NCBI GenBank assembly: GCA_020831465.1
Contig: JAFIGI010000012.1
Location: forward strand, 2,073 to 66,072
Origin: Chlamydiales bacterium
GTDB taxonomy: Bacteria; Chlamydiota; Chlamydiia; Chlamydiales; JAAKFR01
DNA: 64,000 nucleotides
Direction of reading: 5' to 3'
Below the pieces are notes generated by a model, which searched no databases, was not told the origin of the DNA, and worked only from the letters and a program-made list of their open reading frames with translations. The translations under genes and the position numbers were made by a program. This document shows positions 1 through 9,413 of the stretch, one piece after another (positions within the stretch are counted from its first letter, which is position 1; every line of letters starts with the position of its first letter).

Positions 1-1130
1 TTCTCGCTTGAAAGCCCATCTTCACCCTCATAAAAGGAGTGCAGAGTGATCTTGCCAATCACCCCGTCGCCATAAGGCTCTGCCTCGACGTCGACCCGCT
101 TGTCATCCAAAACGATTTTTTTTCGAATCAGCTCGACTGTCAAAAATTGAGGATCGCGATCTGTCTTACGCATAATCCCCAAAACGGTCCTGGTCCCCTC
201 TTTACCACGCATCAATTCAAGCACTTTATGAAAAGAGGCGTGTCTAATCTCTTCTCCATCGACTGCGACAATCGCGTCACCCTCCTGGATCCGCCCGCTC
301 TTCTCAGCCGGCCCCCCCTTGATCAATTCGCGGACCGTTATGCCATCTACTCCCTCACGTAAAACAACACCGATTCCGCACATCCCTTTTTCGAGCTGGA
401 CTTTCATTGCGTAGGCTTCCTCGGGACTGTAGTAGGCAGTATGCGCGTCCAAGCTTTGAGCTAAAGCTTTTAGGGTGCGCAAAATGACTTGATGTTCCTG
501 TCTCTGCTGTGCAAGAGGACGTCCGTGGTCGTCCAACCCGAGATATTCGTTTTCAAGAATGCGAATCTGTTTTTCACAAAGTTCGACCAGCAGTCTCTCT
601 TTTCCTTCACATGTGCCGCAACCTAACTCATCCATCTGAAAGGCTACAAACCGGATAAATCTGTCATAGTGGCGCTCTTGTAGCTCTTGGAGATTCTTAG
701 CGTAGCTCTTTTCGGGCCGGGCGTTTATCTCGACTTCACGTGCATCCTCGACAACTTTATGAGGATTTTGCTCCCATTTAACGCGCCACTGACGAGCCCT
801 CTGAATGCTATTTTGAACGGTTTTATTTAGAGAAAAGTAGGTTGAAAAACGGTGTTGCTGATATTCCCTCTGCATCGTACGCAATAAGTCCTGCTTTGGA
901 TGGACATAAGGGAGAGCCTCCTCATTAAGAAGATAGGCGTGAGAAGGGTCGAATTGATTCAAATAAATATTTAAAGAACGTTCAAGAAGCTGCGATGAAA
1001 TCTCCTTCTTGTCGACATGTAACTCAAAAAATTGATTCATAACCGATTGAACATCTTTTCCCGTGAGAAGGGTCTCTTGCGAATAAAGAGATGAACAAAG
1101 AAGCAAGATTAAGAGAAAGCGTAGTCTCAT
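1..1130 (-). CDS. S41 tail-specific (C-terminal processing) protease paralog, N-terminal part; gene runs off the window start
   Basis: Own translation of the minus strand from the ATG at 1130-1128 gives MRLRFLLILLLCSSLYSQETLLTGKDVQSVMNQFFELHVDKKEIS... The frame stays open to position 1, so it is absent from the ORF track. It has a signal peptide and a region colinear with the Tsp at 36666-38573 (LDAHTAYYSPEEA vs [13 protein letters not shown]). A PDZ-like block follows: GIGVVLREGVDGITVRELIKGGPAEKSGRIQEGDAIVAVDG. Confidence 0.75.
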   Translation of the reverse strand, partial: MRLRFLLILLLCSSLYSQETLLTGKDVQSVMNQFFELHVDKKEISSQLLERSLNIYLNQFDPSHAYLLNEEALPYVHPKQDLLRTMQREYQQHRFSTYFSLNKTVQNSIQRARQWRVKWEQNPHKVVEDAREVEINARPEKSYAKNLQELQERHYDRFIRFVAFQMDELGCGTCEGKERLLVELCEKQIRILENEYLGLDDHGRPLAQQRQEHQVILRTLKALAQSLDAHTAYYSPEEAYAMKVQLEKGMCGIGVVLREGVDGITVRELIKGGPAEKSGRIQEGDAIVAVDGEEIRHASFHKVLELMRGKEGTRTVLGIMRKTDRDPQFLTVELIRKKIVLDDKRVDVEAEPYGDGVIGKITLHSFYEGEDGLSSE

Positions 1131-1224
1131 TGCATTTTCCCGATATTTCGGTTATTCTATTTTGAGAGAAAAAGCCCACCTAGTGCGCGCGTCCTAGTTA
1201 TCGGAATTAACAAGAAATTCTTTA

Positions 1225-1938
1225 GTGAGTCATTTTAACGGCCCGACATTCTCTTTGGAAAACTTCGAAGGGAGCTTGGAACTCCTTCTCTATCTCATTC
1301 AAAAAGATGAGATGGATGTTTGCTCCATTACCCTACAGGAATTGACAAAGCAGTTGATGCAAACCCTTGATAAATCAGGTGTTGAAACTGGCGCTGAGCT
1401 GATGGGTCTCGCCGCGACGCTTTTGTTGATGAAAAGTCAGAAACTCCTTCCAATTCAAGAGGGTGAAGGTGGCGCGTGGGAAGAAGATCCGCGGATCGAA
1501 ATGATTGAAAAATTAATCGAGTATTGCCGCTTTCGCGATGCTGCAGCGACTTTACTTTCACGCGAAGAGGAGCAAAAAGCCTATTTTCCCCGCTCCGCCC
1601 CGCTATATAGAAGGGAGTTGAACTCCGGTCTTGATGAGGTTGGGCTAGAAGACCTGAAACAGGTAATGCTTGATTTGCTAAAGCGATCCGAAAAGAAGAT
1701 CGCGACTATTCTGGATGAAGAGTGGCAGGTGGCGCCCAAAATCTCCTGGCTTCAGCAGGAGATCAAAGAAAAAAAACGGATCTCCTTTTCGGAAATCTTC
1801 TCTGAAGGGAAGTGCCGCGGCGAACTGATCGTCTCTTTTCTGGCGCTGCTCGAACTCATGAAACTACAAGAGCTTAAGATTGTCAAAGAAAACAATTTTA
1901 TGTATATTACCTGGGCAAATGAACCTAAATCTTCTTGA
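1225..1938 (+). CDS. scpA: segregation and condensation protein A (kleisin)
   Basis: 237-aa ORF with a GTG start. N-terminus FSLENFEGSLELLLYLIQKDEMDVCSITLQELTKQ is typical ScpA. The scpB gene follows directly. Confidence 0.85.
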   Translation: MSHFNGPTFSLENFEGSLELLLYLIQKDEMDVCSITLQELTKQLMQTLDKSGVETGAELMGLAATLLLMKSQKLLPIQEGEGGAWEEDPRIEMIEKLIEYCRFRDAAATLLSREEEQKAYFPRSAPLYRRELNSGLDEVGLEDLKQVMLDLLKRSEKKIATILDEEWQVAPKISWLQQEIKEKKRISFSEIFSEGKCRGELIVSFLALLELMKLQELKIVKENNFMYITWANEPKSS

Positions 1939-1990
1939 AGAGACTTTAGAGATAACATCCGAAAGATCCCATTCAACTAGGGAGCGGGAG

Positions 1991-2500
1991 ATGAAGCGCA
2001 TTATAGAGGGGCTCCTCTTCGCAAGCAACGAACCCCTCCCCCTTCAAAAACTCAAAGAGGTGATCCAAACACACTACCCCGTGCGGAGCATCGAGTTGAA
2101 GAGGCTTATCGAAGAGTTGAGTCAGGAATACGATAATGAAGGACATGCGTTTCAAATCGCTGAGATCGGCGGCGGTTATCTTCTACGTACGGTCGAGGAG
2201 ATGCGCCCTTACCTCGATTTGCTGCATCACGATCGCCGGGGAGAAAAACTCTCCCGCGCCGCAACGGAAGTACTGGCCATTATCGCCTATCGGCAGCCGA
2301 TTACGCGGCGGGAAATGGAGGAGATCCGCGGCGTTGATTGTTCCGGGACGGTCGTTTCTCTCATGGAAAGAGGGTTGATCGAACCGGTCGGGCGTAAAGA
2401 GGCTCCGGGGCGTCCTATTCAATACGGCATCACCAAACGTTTTTTGCAGCACTTCGGTTTAAAAGACTTGGAAGATTTAACAAATCTAATCGTCCATTAG
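1991..2500 (+). CDS. scpB: segregation and condensation protein B
   Basis: ORF 1880-2500. ScpB-like sequence IIEGLLFASNEPLPLQKLKEV and AATEVLAIIAYRQPITRREMEEIRGVD. I prefer the ATG at 1991, which has AGGGAG 6 nt upstream. ATG 1919 and the ORF-track start at 1880 are alternatives that overlap scpA. Confidence 0.8.
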   Translation: MKRIIEGLLFASNEPLPLQKLKEVIQTHYPVRSIELKRLIEELSQEYDNEGHAFQIAEIGGGYLLRTVEEMRPYLDLLHHDRRGEKLSRAATEVLAIIAYRQPITRREMEEIRGVDCSGTVVSLMERGLIEPVGRKEAPGRPIQYGITKRFLQHFGLKDLEDLTNLIVH

Positions 2501-2860
2501 AACCTGCCACTCTTTTCCTAGAAGCTCCCACCCTCTACTCTGGCAGTCGCGCACAGAAGCAATGGCCATATGAGCGAGAGCTCCCATAAAGACGGCAATT
2601 CCCATTGTCCCGATTAAGGTGCCGCCCAGATAAGGAAACATTCCCAGTCCCATTGTGACTTCAGGAGGAAGGGTACTCGCCCCGAAAAGGGCAAAGGCTA
2701 GTGACATAAAGACAAGGGCGACGATCGTCAGGGCAAAAGCGGTGATACGCGCATCTCGCGCCTTTCTTTCACTCAGATCGACTCGGTACTTGACGTCTTT
2801 CTCCCCTAGGTCAGCGGAGGAAGAAGGAGGAAATCCCAAACAGTTCGCCATAGAAGGCAA
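2486..2860 (-). CDS. hypothetical membrane protein with paired hydrophobic segments (Inc-like candidate)
   Basis: 124-aa ORF. Two adjacent hydrophobic stretches, ITAFALTIVALVFMSLAFALFGA and GLGMFPYLGGTLIGTMGIAVFMGALAHMAIA, are separated by a short loop. I recognise no family. Confidence 0.45.
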   Translation of the reverse strand: MPSMANCLGFPPSSSADLGEKDVKYRVDLSERKARDARITAFALTIVALVFMSLAFALFGASTLPPEVTMGLGMFPYLGGTLIGTMGIAVFMGALAHMAIASVRDCQSRGWELLGKEWQVLMDD

Positions 2861-2902
2861 TAATACCTAAGATCTAATTTAAATTCAAATGCTTGGATTA
2901 AC

Positions 2903-3637
2903 TTAACACGAAAAATATTTCCTGCGTCTTTTTTTCCATATCCTATATGAGCGATACCGCTCAAAGAGTGTGGCGACATAACGGTTGCGCACCCTATAGG
3001 CCTCGTCGGCAACCTGAAGAGGTTCACTTGTCGAGAGAGAATATTGATGTTCGCGAAAAGAGGCTAAGACGGTCGGCAGGGCGAAAGGGGGCGTTTGGGC
3101 CGCAAGGCGAAGCCAGAGGTCGTAATCCATGCAATATTTCAAACTTTTGTGAAAGCCTCCCACTCTTTCAAAGAGGGTACGCCTGATAAAGACCGCCGGG
3201 TGAGAGATAAAGTTATAGCGGCGGAGTCGTTTGATGCTGAATGGTTCATAAGGAGTCGTCCGTTTATACTCCCCCTTGAAGTCAATGACCTTCACTCTAC
3301 CATAAAGCCAGTCCACCTCTGGATGGAGCCTAAGAGTGGTGTCAACCATAGCCAAGACTTGGGGAGCGGCTAAAAGATCGTCCGCATGCAGGTGGATGAG
3401 AAAATCCCCATTAGCAAGCGCCGCGCCGCGGTTCATTGCATCTGCAATCCCCTCGTCTTGCCCCTCATAAAGGGTGGCGTGAGGAAAAGAACGGGCAATT
3501 TCTAGAGTCCTGTCGACGCTTCCACCATCCCAGATGAGATGCTCATAGTCAGTAAACTCCTGCGCAGCAACCGAGCGAAGGGTCTGCTCCAGATAGGCAG
3601 CGGCATTGTACGTCACAGTGATCACGCTAAACTTCAT
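2903..3637 (-). CDS. family 2 glycosyltransferase
   Basis: MKFSVITVTYNAAAYLEQTLRSVAAQEFTDYEHLIWDGGSVDRT and HADD are GT2 hallmarks. Start placed at the ATG at 3637 (M14 of ORF 2903-3676). Confidence 0.8.
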   Translation of the reverse strand: MKFSVITVTYNAAAYLEQTLRSVAAQEFTDYEHLIWDGGSVDRTLEIARSFPHATLYEGQDEGIADAMNRGAALANGDFLIHLHADDLLAAPQVLAMVDTTLRLHPEVDWLYGRVKVIDFKGEYKRTTPYEPFSIKRLRRYNFISHPAVFIRRTLFERVGGFHKSLKYCMDYDLWLRLAAQTPPFALPTVLASFREHQYSLSTSEPLQVADEAYRVRNRYVATLFERYRSYRIWKKRRRKYFSC

Positions 3638-3690
3638 GAGGAAAAATCTAGCATTGCGTAAAAAAAAGAGCATCATTAAAACCTTCTTTA

Positions 3691-4716
3691 ATGAGATCTC
3701 TCTTCATTTTCCTTTTCTCTTTTGCCTCCCCGCTTTTCGCAAACGGATATAGCGTGCTCGGACTAGGGGCTCCCTGCTTGGACTATGTGATCAAAGCGGA
3801 AGAGAAAGATCTTGCCCGATATGGACTGAAGAAGGGAGGCTCGATCGAGATCGATGCCGATACGCTAGCCTCCATCCTGCATGATAACACCTCTCTCGTC
3901 TTTTCCGGGGGCTGCGTCGCAAACACAATAAAGGGGATGGCAACCCTTGGGATTTCTTGCGCGCTGACCGGCAAGGTCGGAAACGATCAGATGGGTGCTA
4001 AAATCGGCTCAATTTTCCAAGAGGTCGGAGTAACCGCTTTTTTTACACAATCGACCTACCCCACCACCCAAATAGCCTGCCTCGTTACTCCAGACGGCGA
4101 ACGTTCCTTTTGCTCCTGCGCAAAAACGGAACGCGAAATCAGCGAAAAAGAGCTGAACCCTGCTCATTTCAAAGAGATCAGACTCGCCTACCTATCGGGG
4201 TACCGACTACTCAACGGGAGCTACATCGAAAAAAGTTTTCGCTTAGCGAAAGAGGCCGGTGCGCTCGTTTCTTTTGATCTCGCGGACTCTTCCATTGTCG
4301 ACAAGTACCGGGAACGCCTATGGGCGACGATCCCCGCCTATGTCGACATCCTCTTTGCCAACGAGGAAGAAGCCTATTCTCTTGTTGGGCTTCCCCCTAA
4401 GAGAGCTGCGGCCTTTCTAAAAAACTTTTGTAAAATCGCCATCGTGAAGGTCGGCTCTAATGGTTGCTGGATCTCTTCCAAGGAGGGAATTTTCCACTCT
4501 CCCGGCGTTCCGACTCAAACTGTCGATACGACAGGAGCCGGAGACCTCTTCGCCGCCGGTTTTCTCTACGCCTACTTGAAGGGTAAACCTCTTCCGGCTT
4601 GCGCCTACCTAGGAAATTTAGCCGGCAGCGCGGCAGTCGAGCGGCATGGAGCCGAGCTTTCCGCGGAAAGGTGGAGCCGAGTCCTCTCGGATTTTGAAAA
4701 ATCCTATGGGCAATAA
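3691..4716 (+). CDS. PfkB-family carbohydrate/nucleoside kinase
   Basis: 341 aa. N-terminal GLGAPCLDYV and C-terminal DTTGAGDLFAAGFLYAYLKG match the PfkB signatures. The ATG start adds a hydrophobic 20-aa leader; the GTG at 3754 is an alternative start. Confidence 0.75.
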   Translation: MRSLFIFLFSFASPLFANGYSVLGLGAPCLDYVIKAEEKDLARYGLKKGGSIEIDADTLASILHDNTSLVFSGGCVANTIKGMATLGISCALTGKVGNDQMGAKIGSIFQEVGVTAFFTQSTYPTTQIACLVTPDGERSFCSCAKTEREISEKELNPAHFKEIRLAYLSGYRLLNGSYIEKSFRLAKEAGALVSFDLADSSIVDKYRERLWATIPAYVDILFANEEEAYSLVGLPPKRAAAFLKNFCKIAIVKVGSNGCWISSKEGIFHSPGVPTQTVDTTGAGDLFAAGFLYAYLKGKPLPACAYLGNLAGSAAVERHGAELSAERWSRVLSDFEKSYGQ

Positions 4717-4725
4717 ATAATCAGA

Positions 4726-4754
4726 TTGCATTCAAACGGATTCATCTCTATAGT
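4726..4754 (+). promoter_or_regulatory. candidate housekeeping-sigma promoter of the str cluster
   Basis: TTGCAT (4726-4731), a 17-nt spacer, then TATAGT (4749-4754), about 50 nt upstream of rpsL. This is sequence pattern only. Confidence 0.4.
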
Positions 4755-4801
4755 ATACTCTTTCCACTTGTGAATTTTTTAGTTTTTGAGGCGAAACGAA
4801 T

Positions 4802-5173
4802 ATGCCAACGATCAATCAGTTAATTCGGAAGGGCCGAGGACAAAAGGTCCGACGAAAAAAATCACCCGCTCTGCAGCGCTGTCCGCATAGACGGGGGGTT
4901 TGTCTTCAGGTGAAAACAAAAACACCGAAAAAGCCGAACTCCGCTTTGCGTAAAGTAGCATGGGTGAGACTCTCCAACGGGCAAGAGATTATTGCTTACA
5001 TCGGAGGGGAAGGGCACAACCTCCAAGAGCACAGCATCGTTCTGGTGCGCGGAGGACGTGTGAAAGACCTCCCCGGTGTGCGCTACCACATTGTGCGCGG
5101 AGCGTTAGATTGTGCGGCCGTAAAAGACCGCAAACAAGGAAGATCGCTGTACGGGGCAAAACGGCCCAAATAA
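4802..5173 (+). CDS. rpsL: 30S ribosomal protein S12
   Basis: [12 protein letters not shown]...[18 protein letters not shown] is unmistakably S12. Confidence 0.97.
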   Translation: MPTINQLIRKGRGQKVRRKKSPALQRCPHRRGVCLQVKTKTPKKPNSALRKVAWVRLSNGQEIIAYIGGEGHNLQEHSIVLVRGGRVKDLPGVRYHIVRGALDCAAVKDRKQGRSLYGAKRPK

Positions 5174-5178
5174 ATGCC

Positions 5179-5289
5179 ATGTGCGAGTTTTTTGCCATGC
5201 AGGAGGCAATAGCCTTGTGCCATTTCCGACAAGAGAGGATTGATATGGCAAAGTCGCAGCTGCTCCTGAATGGCAGAAAACTCGCACAT
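5179..5289 (+). repeat. long imperfect hairpin in the rpsL-rpsG spacer
   Basis: The 27-nt arms at 5179-5205 and 5263-5289 are reverse complements with 2 mismatches. One mismatch is a G-U wobble on the + strand RNA. Weaker pairing continues inward. Confidence 0.6.
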
Positions 5290-5463
5290 TGCGTAAATAG
5301 CGTAGTAACGCTGGGATGGTTGAAAAATAGCCCTCCTAGTTCGAAATCTCCTTTTTCAGTGAGAAGGGAGATTTCGCACGGTCTTTATAAAAGACAGGTG
5401 AAGAAAAGCGGCTTCCTAAAATATTTATGTTTAAGAACTAAGCTAATGAGTTAAGGTTGAACT

Positions 5464-5937
5464 ATGTCTAGAAGACATCGTGCTGAAAAAAGAAAACCGG
5501 AGCCCGATCCCCTTTACGGGAGCATCACTCTGGAAAAGTTTATTAACAAAGTCATGCTCAGCGGGAAAAAAGCAAAAGCGCGCCAGATCGTCTACAGCGC
5601 GATCCGCACCTTTGCGCAAAAGGTTAATGTCGAAAATCCCTTAGATGCCTTTGAACAAGCTCTTGAAAACGCAAAGCCCTCTTTAGAGGTTAAGTCGCGT
5701 CGAATCGGCGGAGCGACCTACCAAGTCCCGGTCGAGATCGCACCCGATCGCAGGACCGCTATGGCGATGCGCTGGATTATCAACAACTCGCGTTCGAAGG
5801 TTGGCCGTTCGATGCAAGAGGGCCTTGCCCAGGAGTTGAACGATTGCTACAACAACCAAGGCGCAACGATCAAGAAGAAAGACGATACGCACCGCATGGC
5901 TGAAGCCAACAAAGCGTTTGCGCACTACAAATGGTAA
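5464..5937 (+). CDS. rpsG: 30S ribosomal protein S7
   Basis: 157 aa. KFINKVMLSGKKAKARQIVY...GGATYQVPVEI...AHYKW is S7. Confidence 0.97.
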   Translation: MSRRHRAEKRKPEPDPLYGSITLEKFINKVMLSGKKAKARQIVYSAIRTFAQKVNVENPLDAFEQALENAKPSLEVKSRRIGGATYQVPVEIAPDRRTAMAMRWIINNSRSKVGRSMQEGLAQELNDCYNNQGATIKKKDDTHRMAEANKAFAHYKW

Positions 5938-5951
5938 GGGGAAAATAAGCT

Positions 5952-8036
5952 ATGCCTAGAAAAAAAGAAGATCGTCTTGATCAGGTCAGAAATATCGGAA
6001 TCATGGCGCATATCGACGCCGGGAAGACGACAACCACAGAGCGTATCCTTTTTTACGCCGGCCGCTCCCACAAAATCGGAGAAGTCCACGAAGGAGCTGC
6101 TACGATGGACTGGATGGCGCAAGAGCAAGAGCGCGGAATCACGATAACCTCAGCGGCAACAACCGTCTATTGGGCCGATTCCAAGATCAATATCATTGAT
6201 ACACCGGGTCACGTCGACTTTACCATTGAGGTAGAACGCTCGCTGCGCGTTCTCGATGGTTCCGTAGCCGTTTTCGACGCCGTTTCCGGAGTCGAGCCGC
6301 AATCCGAAACCGTCTGGCGTCAAGCGGATAAATATCACGTCCCTCGAATCGCTTTCGTCAACAAAATGGACCGCATGGGAGCCGATTTCTTTGCTGCCGT
6401 CCAGTCGATGAAAGAAAAGCTCGGGGCAAATGCAATCGCCGTCCAATGTCCGATTGGAGCTGAGAGCGAATTCTCTGGCATGGTCGATCTAGTCACAATG
6501 AAAGCTTGGATTGCCCGCGATGAGATGGGATCTCAATGGGACGAAACCGAAATCCCCGCCGACTTGAAAGATAAATGCGACGAGATGCGCATGGAACTTC
6601 TTGAAGAGCTCGCGACCATTGATGAGGAAAATGAGGCCTTCATGCACAAAGTCCTCGAAGATCCTGACAGTCTGACGCCCGATGAGATCCATGCTGTCAT
6701 ACGAAAGGGAGTTTGTGAAAACCGTTTTAACCCTGTCTTGTGTGGATCGGCCTTTAAAAATAAGGGTGTGCAGTTCCTTCTCGACGCGATTGTCCGTTGG
6801 ATGCCCTCTCCTCTTGACCGCGGCGCGGTAAAAGGAGTGAATCTAAACACAGGCGAACCGTTGTCCATTCCTCCCGAAGACGAGGCTCCTTTAGCGGCGC
6901 TTGCCTTCAAGATCATGACGGACCCCTATGTCGGCCGCATTACCTTCGTCCGCATCTATGCGGGAACAATGAAAAAAGGAACTACGCTCATCAACACGAC
7001 CAAAGATAAAAAAGAGCGTGTCTCCAGATTGCTACAGATGCATGCAAACGACCGGACCGATTGCGACGAATTTTTTACCGGCGATATCGCCGCCTGCATC
7101 GGGTTGAAAAACACAACGACCGGGGATACCTTGTGCTCAGAAGGAAGCGAACTTCTTCTTGAGAAAATGGAATTTCCCGAGCCCGTTATCGATATGGCGA
7201 TCGAGCCCAAGTCGAAAGCGGACCGTGAAAAGCTGGCGAATGCGCTGGGCGCTCTTTCCGAAGAGGATCCCACATTCCGCGTGACCTCTAATGAAGAGAC
7301 AGGCCAGACCATTATCTCAGGGATGGGCGAGCTTCACCTTGACATTCTACGCGACCGTATGATCCGCGAATTCAAGGTCGAAGCGAATGTTGGAAAACCG
7401 CAGGTTTCGTACAAAGAGACGATCACAATTCCGAGCAGTACCGAGACAAAGTTTGTCAAGCAGTCAGGCGGACGCGGCCAGTATGCGCACGTTTGTCTTG
7501 AGATCGAACCGAACGAACCCGGAAAAGGGACCGAAGTCGTCAGCAAAATTGTGGGCGGGGTGATCCCGAAAGAATACATCCCCGCTGTCATGAAGGGAAT
7601 CGAAGAGGGACTCTCTTCGGGTGTTCTCGCCGGTTACAATCTTGTCGACGTAAAAGTCGCGATCACGTTTGGATCCTACCATGAAGTCGACTCAAATGAG
7701 ATGGCATTTAAGATCTGCGGATCGATGGCCGTCAAAGAGGCTTGTAGAAAGGCAAAACCGGTTATCCTGGAGCCCATCATGAAAGTCGACGTTATGACGC
7801 CCGAAGAAAGTTTGGGCGACGTGATCGGCGACCTGAACCGACGGCGAGGAAAGATTCTGGGACAAGAATCTCAGAAAGGGATGACGAAAGTCAATGCCGA
7901 GGTGCCGCTCAGTGAAATGTTCGGATACACCACTTCGCTGCGCTCTTTGAGCTCAGGCCGAGCGACTTCCACTATGGAACCGGCTTATTTCGCAAAGGTT
8001 CCGCAAAAAATTCAAGATGAAATCGTCAAGAAGTAA
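5952..8036 (+). CDS. fusA: elongation factor G
   Basis: 694 aa. [28 protein letters not shown] and NKMD GTPase motifs, in str-operon context. Confidence 0.97.
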   Translation: MPRKKEDRLDQVRNIGIMAHIDAGKTTTTERILFYAGRSHKIGEVHEGAATMDWMAQEQERGITITSAATTVYWADSKINIIDTPGHVDFTIEVERSLRVLDGSVAVFDAVSGVEPQSETVWRQADKYHVPRIAFVNKMDRMGADFFAAVQSMKEKLGANAIAVQCPIGAESEFSGMVDLVTMKAWIARDEMGSQWDETEIPADLKDKCDEMRMELLEELATIDEENEAFMHKVLEDPDSLTPDEIHAVIRKGVCENRFNPVLCGSAFKNKGVQFLLDAIVRWMPSPLDRGAVKGVNLNTGEPLSIPPEDEAPLAALAFKIMTDPYVGRITFVRIYAGTMKKGTTLINTTKDKKERVSRLLQMHANDRTDCDEFFTGDIAACIGLKNTTTGDTLCSEGSELLLEKMEFPEPVIDMAIEPKSKADREKLANALGALSEEDPTFRVTSNEETGQTIISGMGELHLDILRDRMIREFKVEANVGKPQVSYKETITIPSSTETKFVKQSGGRGQYAHVCLEIEPNEPGKGTEVVSKIVGGVIPKEYIPAVMKGIEEGLSSGVLAGYNLVDVKVAITFGSYHEVDSNEMAFKICGSMAVKEACRKAKPVILEPIMKVDVMTPEESLGDVIGDLNRRRGKILGQESQKGMTKVNAEVPLSEMFGYTTSLRSLSSGRATSTMEPAYFAKVPQKIQDEIVKK

Positions 8037-8042
8037 ACAATT

Positions 8043-8363
8043 ATGGCTAAGCAAGATAAACAAAAAATTCGCATTCGTCTCAAAGGGTTCGATCAGCGTC
8101 AGCTCGATCGTTCTACTGGAGATATCGTAGAAACTGCGAAACGGACAGGCGCTCGTGTTGTCGGCCCTATTCCCCTGCCGACTAAACGCGAAATCTATAC
8201 CGTTTTACGCTCTCCCCATGTCGACCGCAAGTCGCGCGAGCAATTCGAAATCCGCACTCACAAGCGGCTGATCGATATTCTCGATCCGACAGGGAAGACG
8301 ATCGATGCGCTGAAAACACTCTCCTTACCGGCTGGTGTCGACATTAAAATCAAAGCCGCTTAA
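8043..8363 (+). CDS. rpsJ: 30S ribosomal protein S10
   Basis: 106 aa. [39 protein letters not shown] is S10. Confidence 0.97.
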   Translation: MAKQDKQKIRIRLKGFDQRQLDRSTGDIVETAKRTGARVVGPIPLPTKREIYTVLRSPHVDRKSREQFEIRTHKRLIDILDPTGKTIDALKTLSLPAGVDIKIKAA

Positions 8364-9330
8364 GACCTTTTTAGCGCGCATAAAAGAGCGAATCCGGCTC
8401 AATCCCGGATCGGAGAAAGAGACCTATCACATAGTTCTTGATTTAGAAGGGTCCGGGATTGAGTACTCAGTTGGGGATTGTATAGGCATTTATCCCCAAA
8501 ACGATCCTCATTATGTGGGTGCGCTTGTTGACGCATTCGGAGAACCCGCTTTACACGATTTTCTACTCAAAGCGGCCAATTTAAACCGGATTCCCAAAAA
8601 AATTTTAGGAGGGCATTCCGATCTTCTTGCGCTAGCACGCACCCAAAAAATTGAACCCGACACTCTTCGAGAAAAGCTTCTTCCTCTCCTTCCCCGTTTT
8701 TACTCGATCGCTTCCTCTTCAAGCCGCGTGAAAAACGAAGTCCATTTGACTGTCGCTCTTACAAAAAATTCTCCCGAATGCCCCACACCTTTTGGTGTCT
8801 GTTCCCATTATCTCTGCCATAGGGCTCCTCTTCAGCAACCGATCATCCCTATTTTCCATCAACCTTCCCGCCATTTTTTCTTACCTGACGATTCAGCAGA
8901 TGCCCCGATCATCATGGTGGGCCCCGGTACTGGAGTCGCCCCTTTCCGCGGTTTCATGCAAGAACGCACACATGCGAGAAACTGGCTTTTTTTTGGCGAA
9001 CGCCACGAAAAAACCGATTTCTACTACCGCTCTTTTTGGGAAGAGCTCTCTACACAAAATCGCCTTCGAATAGACTGTGCTTTTTCACGCGATCAAGAAG
9101 AAAAAGTCTATGTCCAACATAAAATGCTCGAAAAGAGTGCCGATTTATGGAAGTGGATTAATGAGGGAGCCTATCTTTTTGTCTGCGGAGATGCGGCTAG
9201 AATGGCCAAGGATGTCGACCAAGCGCTTCAACGGATTGTTGAAATCGAAGGAAACAAAACTCCTGATGATGCAAAATCTTATATAAGAAATTTAAAAAAA
9301 GAGATGCGCTACCAGCGGGATGTCTACTAA
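8335..9330 (+). CDS. cysJ: CysJ-like FAD/NADPH-binding flavoprotein (no flavodoxin domain)
   Basis: [34 protein letters not shown] and C-terminal RYQRDVY are ferredoxin-NADP reductase / CysJ family motifs. The only canonical start is the GTG at 8335, overlapping rpsJ by 29 nt. The same rs10-cysJ adjacency exists in C. trachomatis as I recall it. Confidence 0.75.
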   Translation: MSTLKSKPLKTFLARIKERIRLNPGSEKETYHIVLDLEGSGIEYSVGDCIGIYPQNDPHYVGALVDAFGEPALHDFLLKAANLNRIPKKILGGHSDLLALARTQKIEPDTLREKLLPLLPRFYSIASSSSRVKNEVHLTVALTKNSPECPTPFGVCSHYLCHRAPLQQPIIPIFHQPSRHFFLPDDSADAPIIMVGPGTGVAPFRGFMQERTHARNWLFFGERHEKTDFYYRSFWEELSTQNRLRIDCAFSRDQEEKVYVQHKMLEKSADLWKWINEGAYLFVCGDAARMAKDVDQALQRIVEIEGNKTPDDAKSYIRNLKKEMRYQRDVY

Positions 9331-9413
9331 ATTTTTTTCTTAATTTGATTTTAATCTTCTCACCCTTTATAGTCTTGTGGGGTGACGGCAATTAGAGCGT
9401 ATCGGAGATATAA

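Noticed and set aside
39-362. A 107-aa plus-strand ORF at the window start.
   Set aside because: It lies antisense to the edge-truncated S41 protease gene, whose PDZ-region translation is clearly homologous to the second Tsp in the window.
4960-5454. A 164-aa ORF spanning the rpsL 3' end and the whole rpsL-rpsG spacer.
   Set aside because: It begins out of frame inside rpsL and has Arg-rich low-complexity composition. The spacer is better explained by the hairpins described in the findings.
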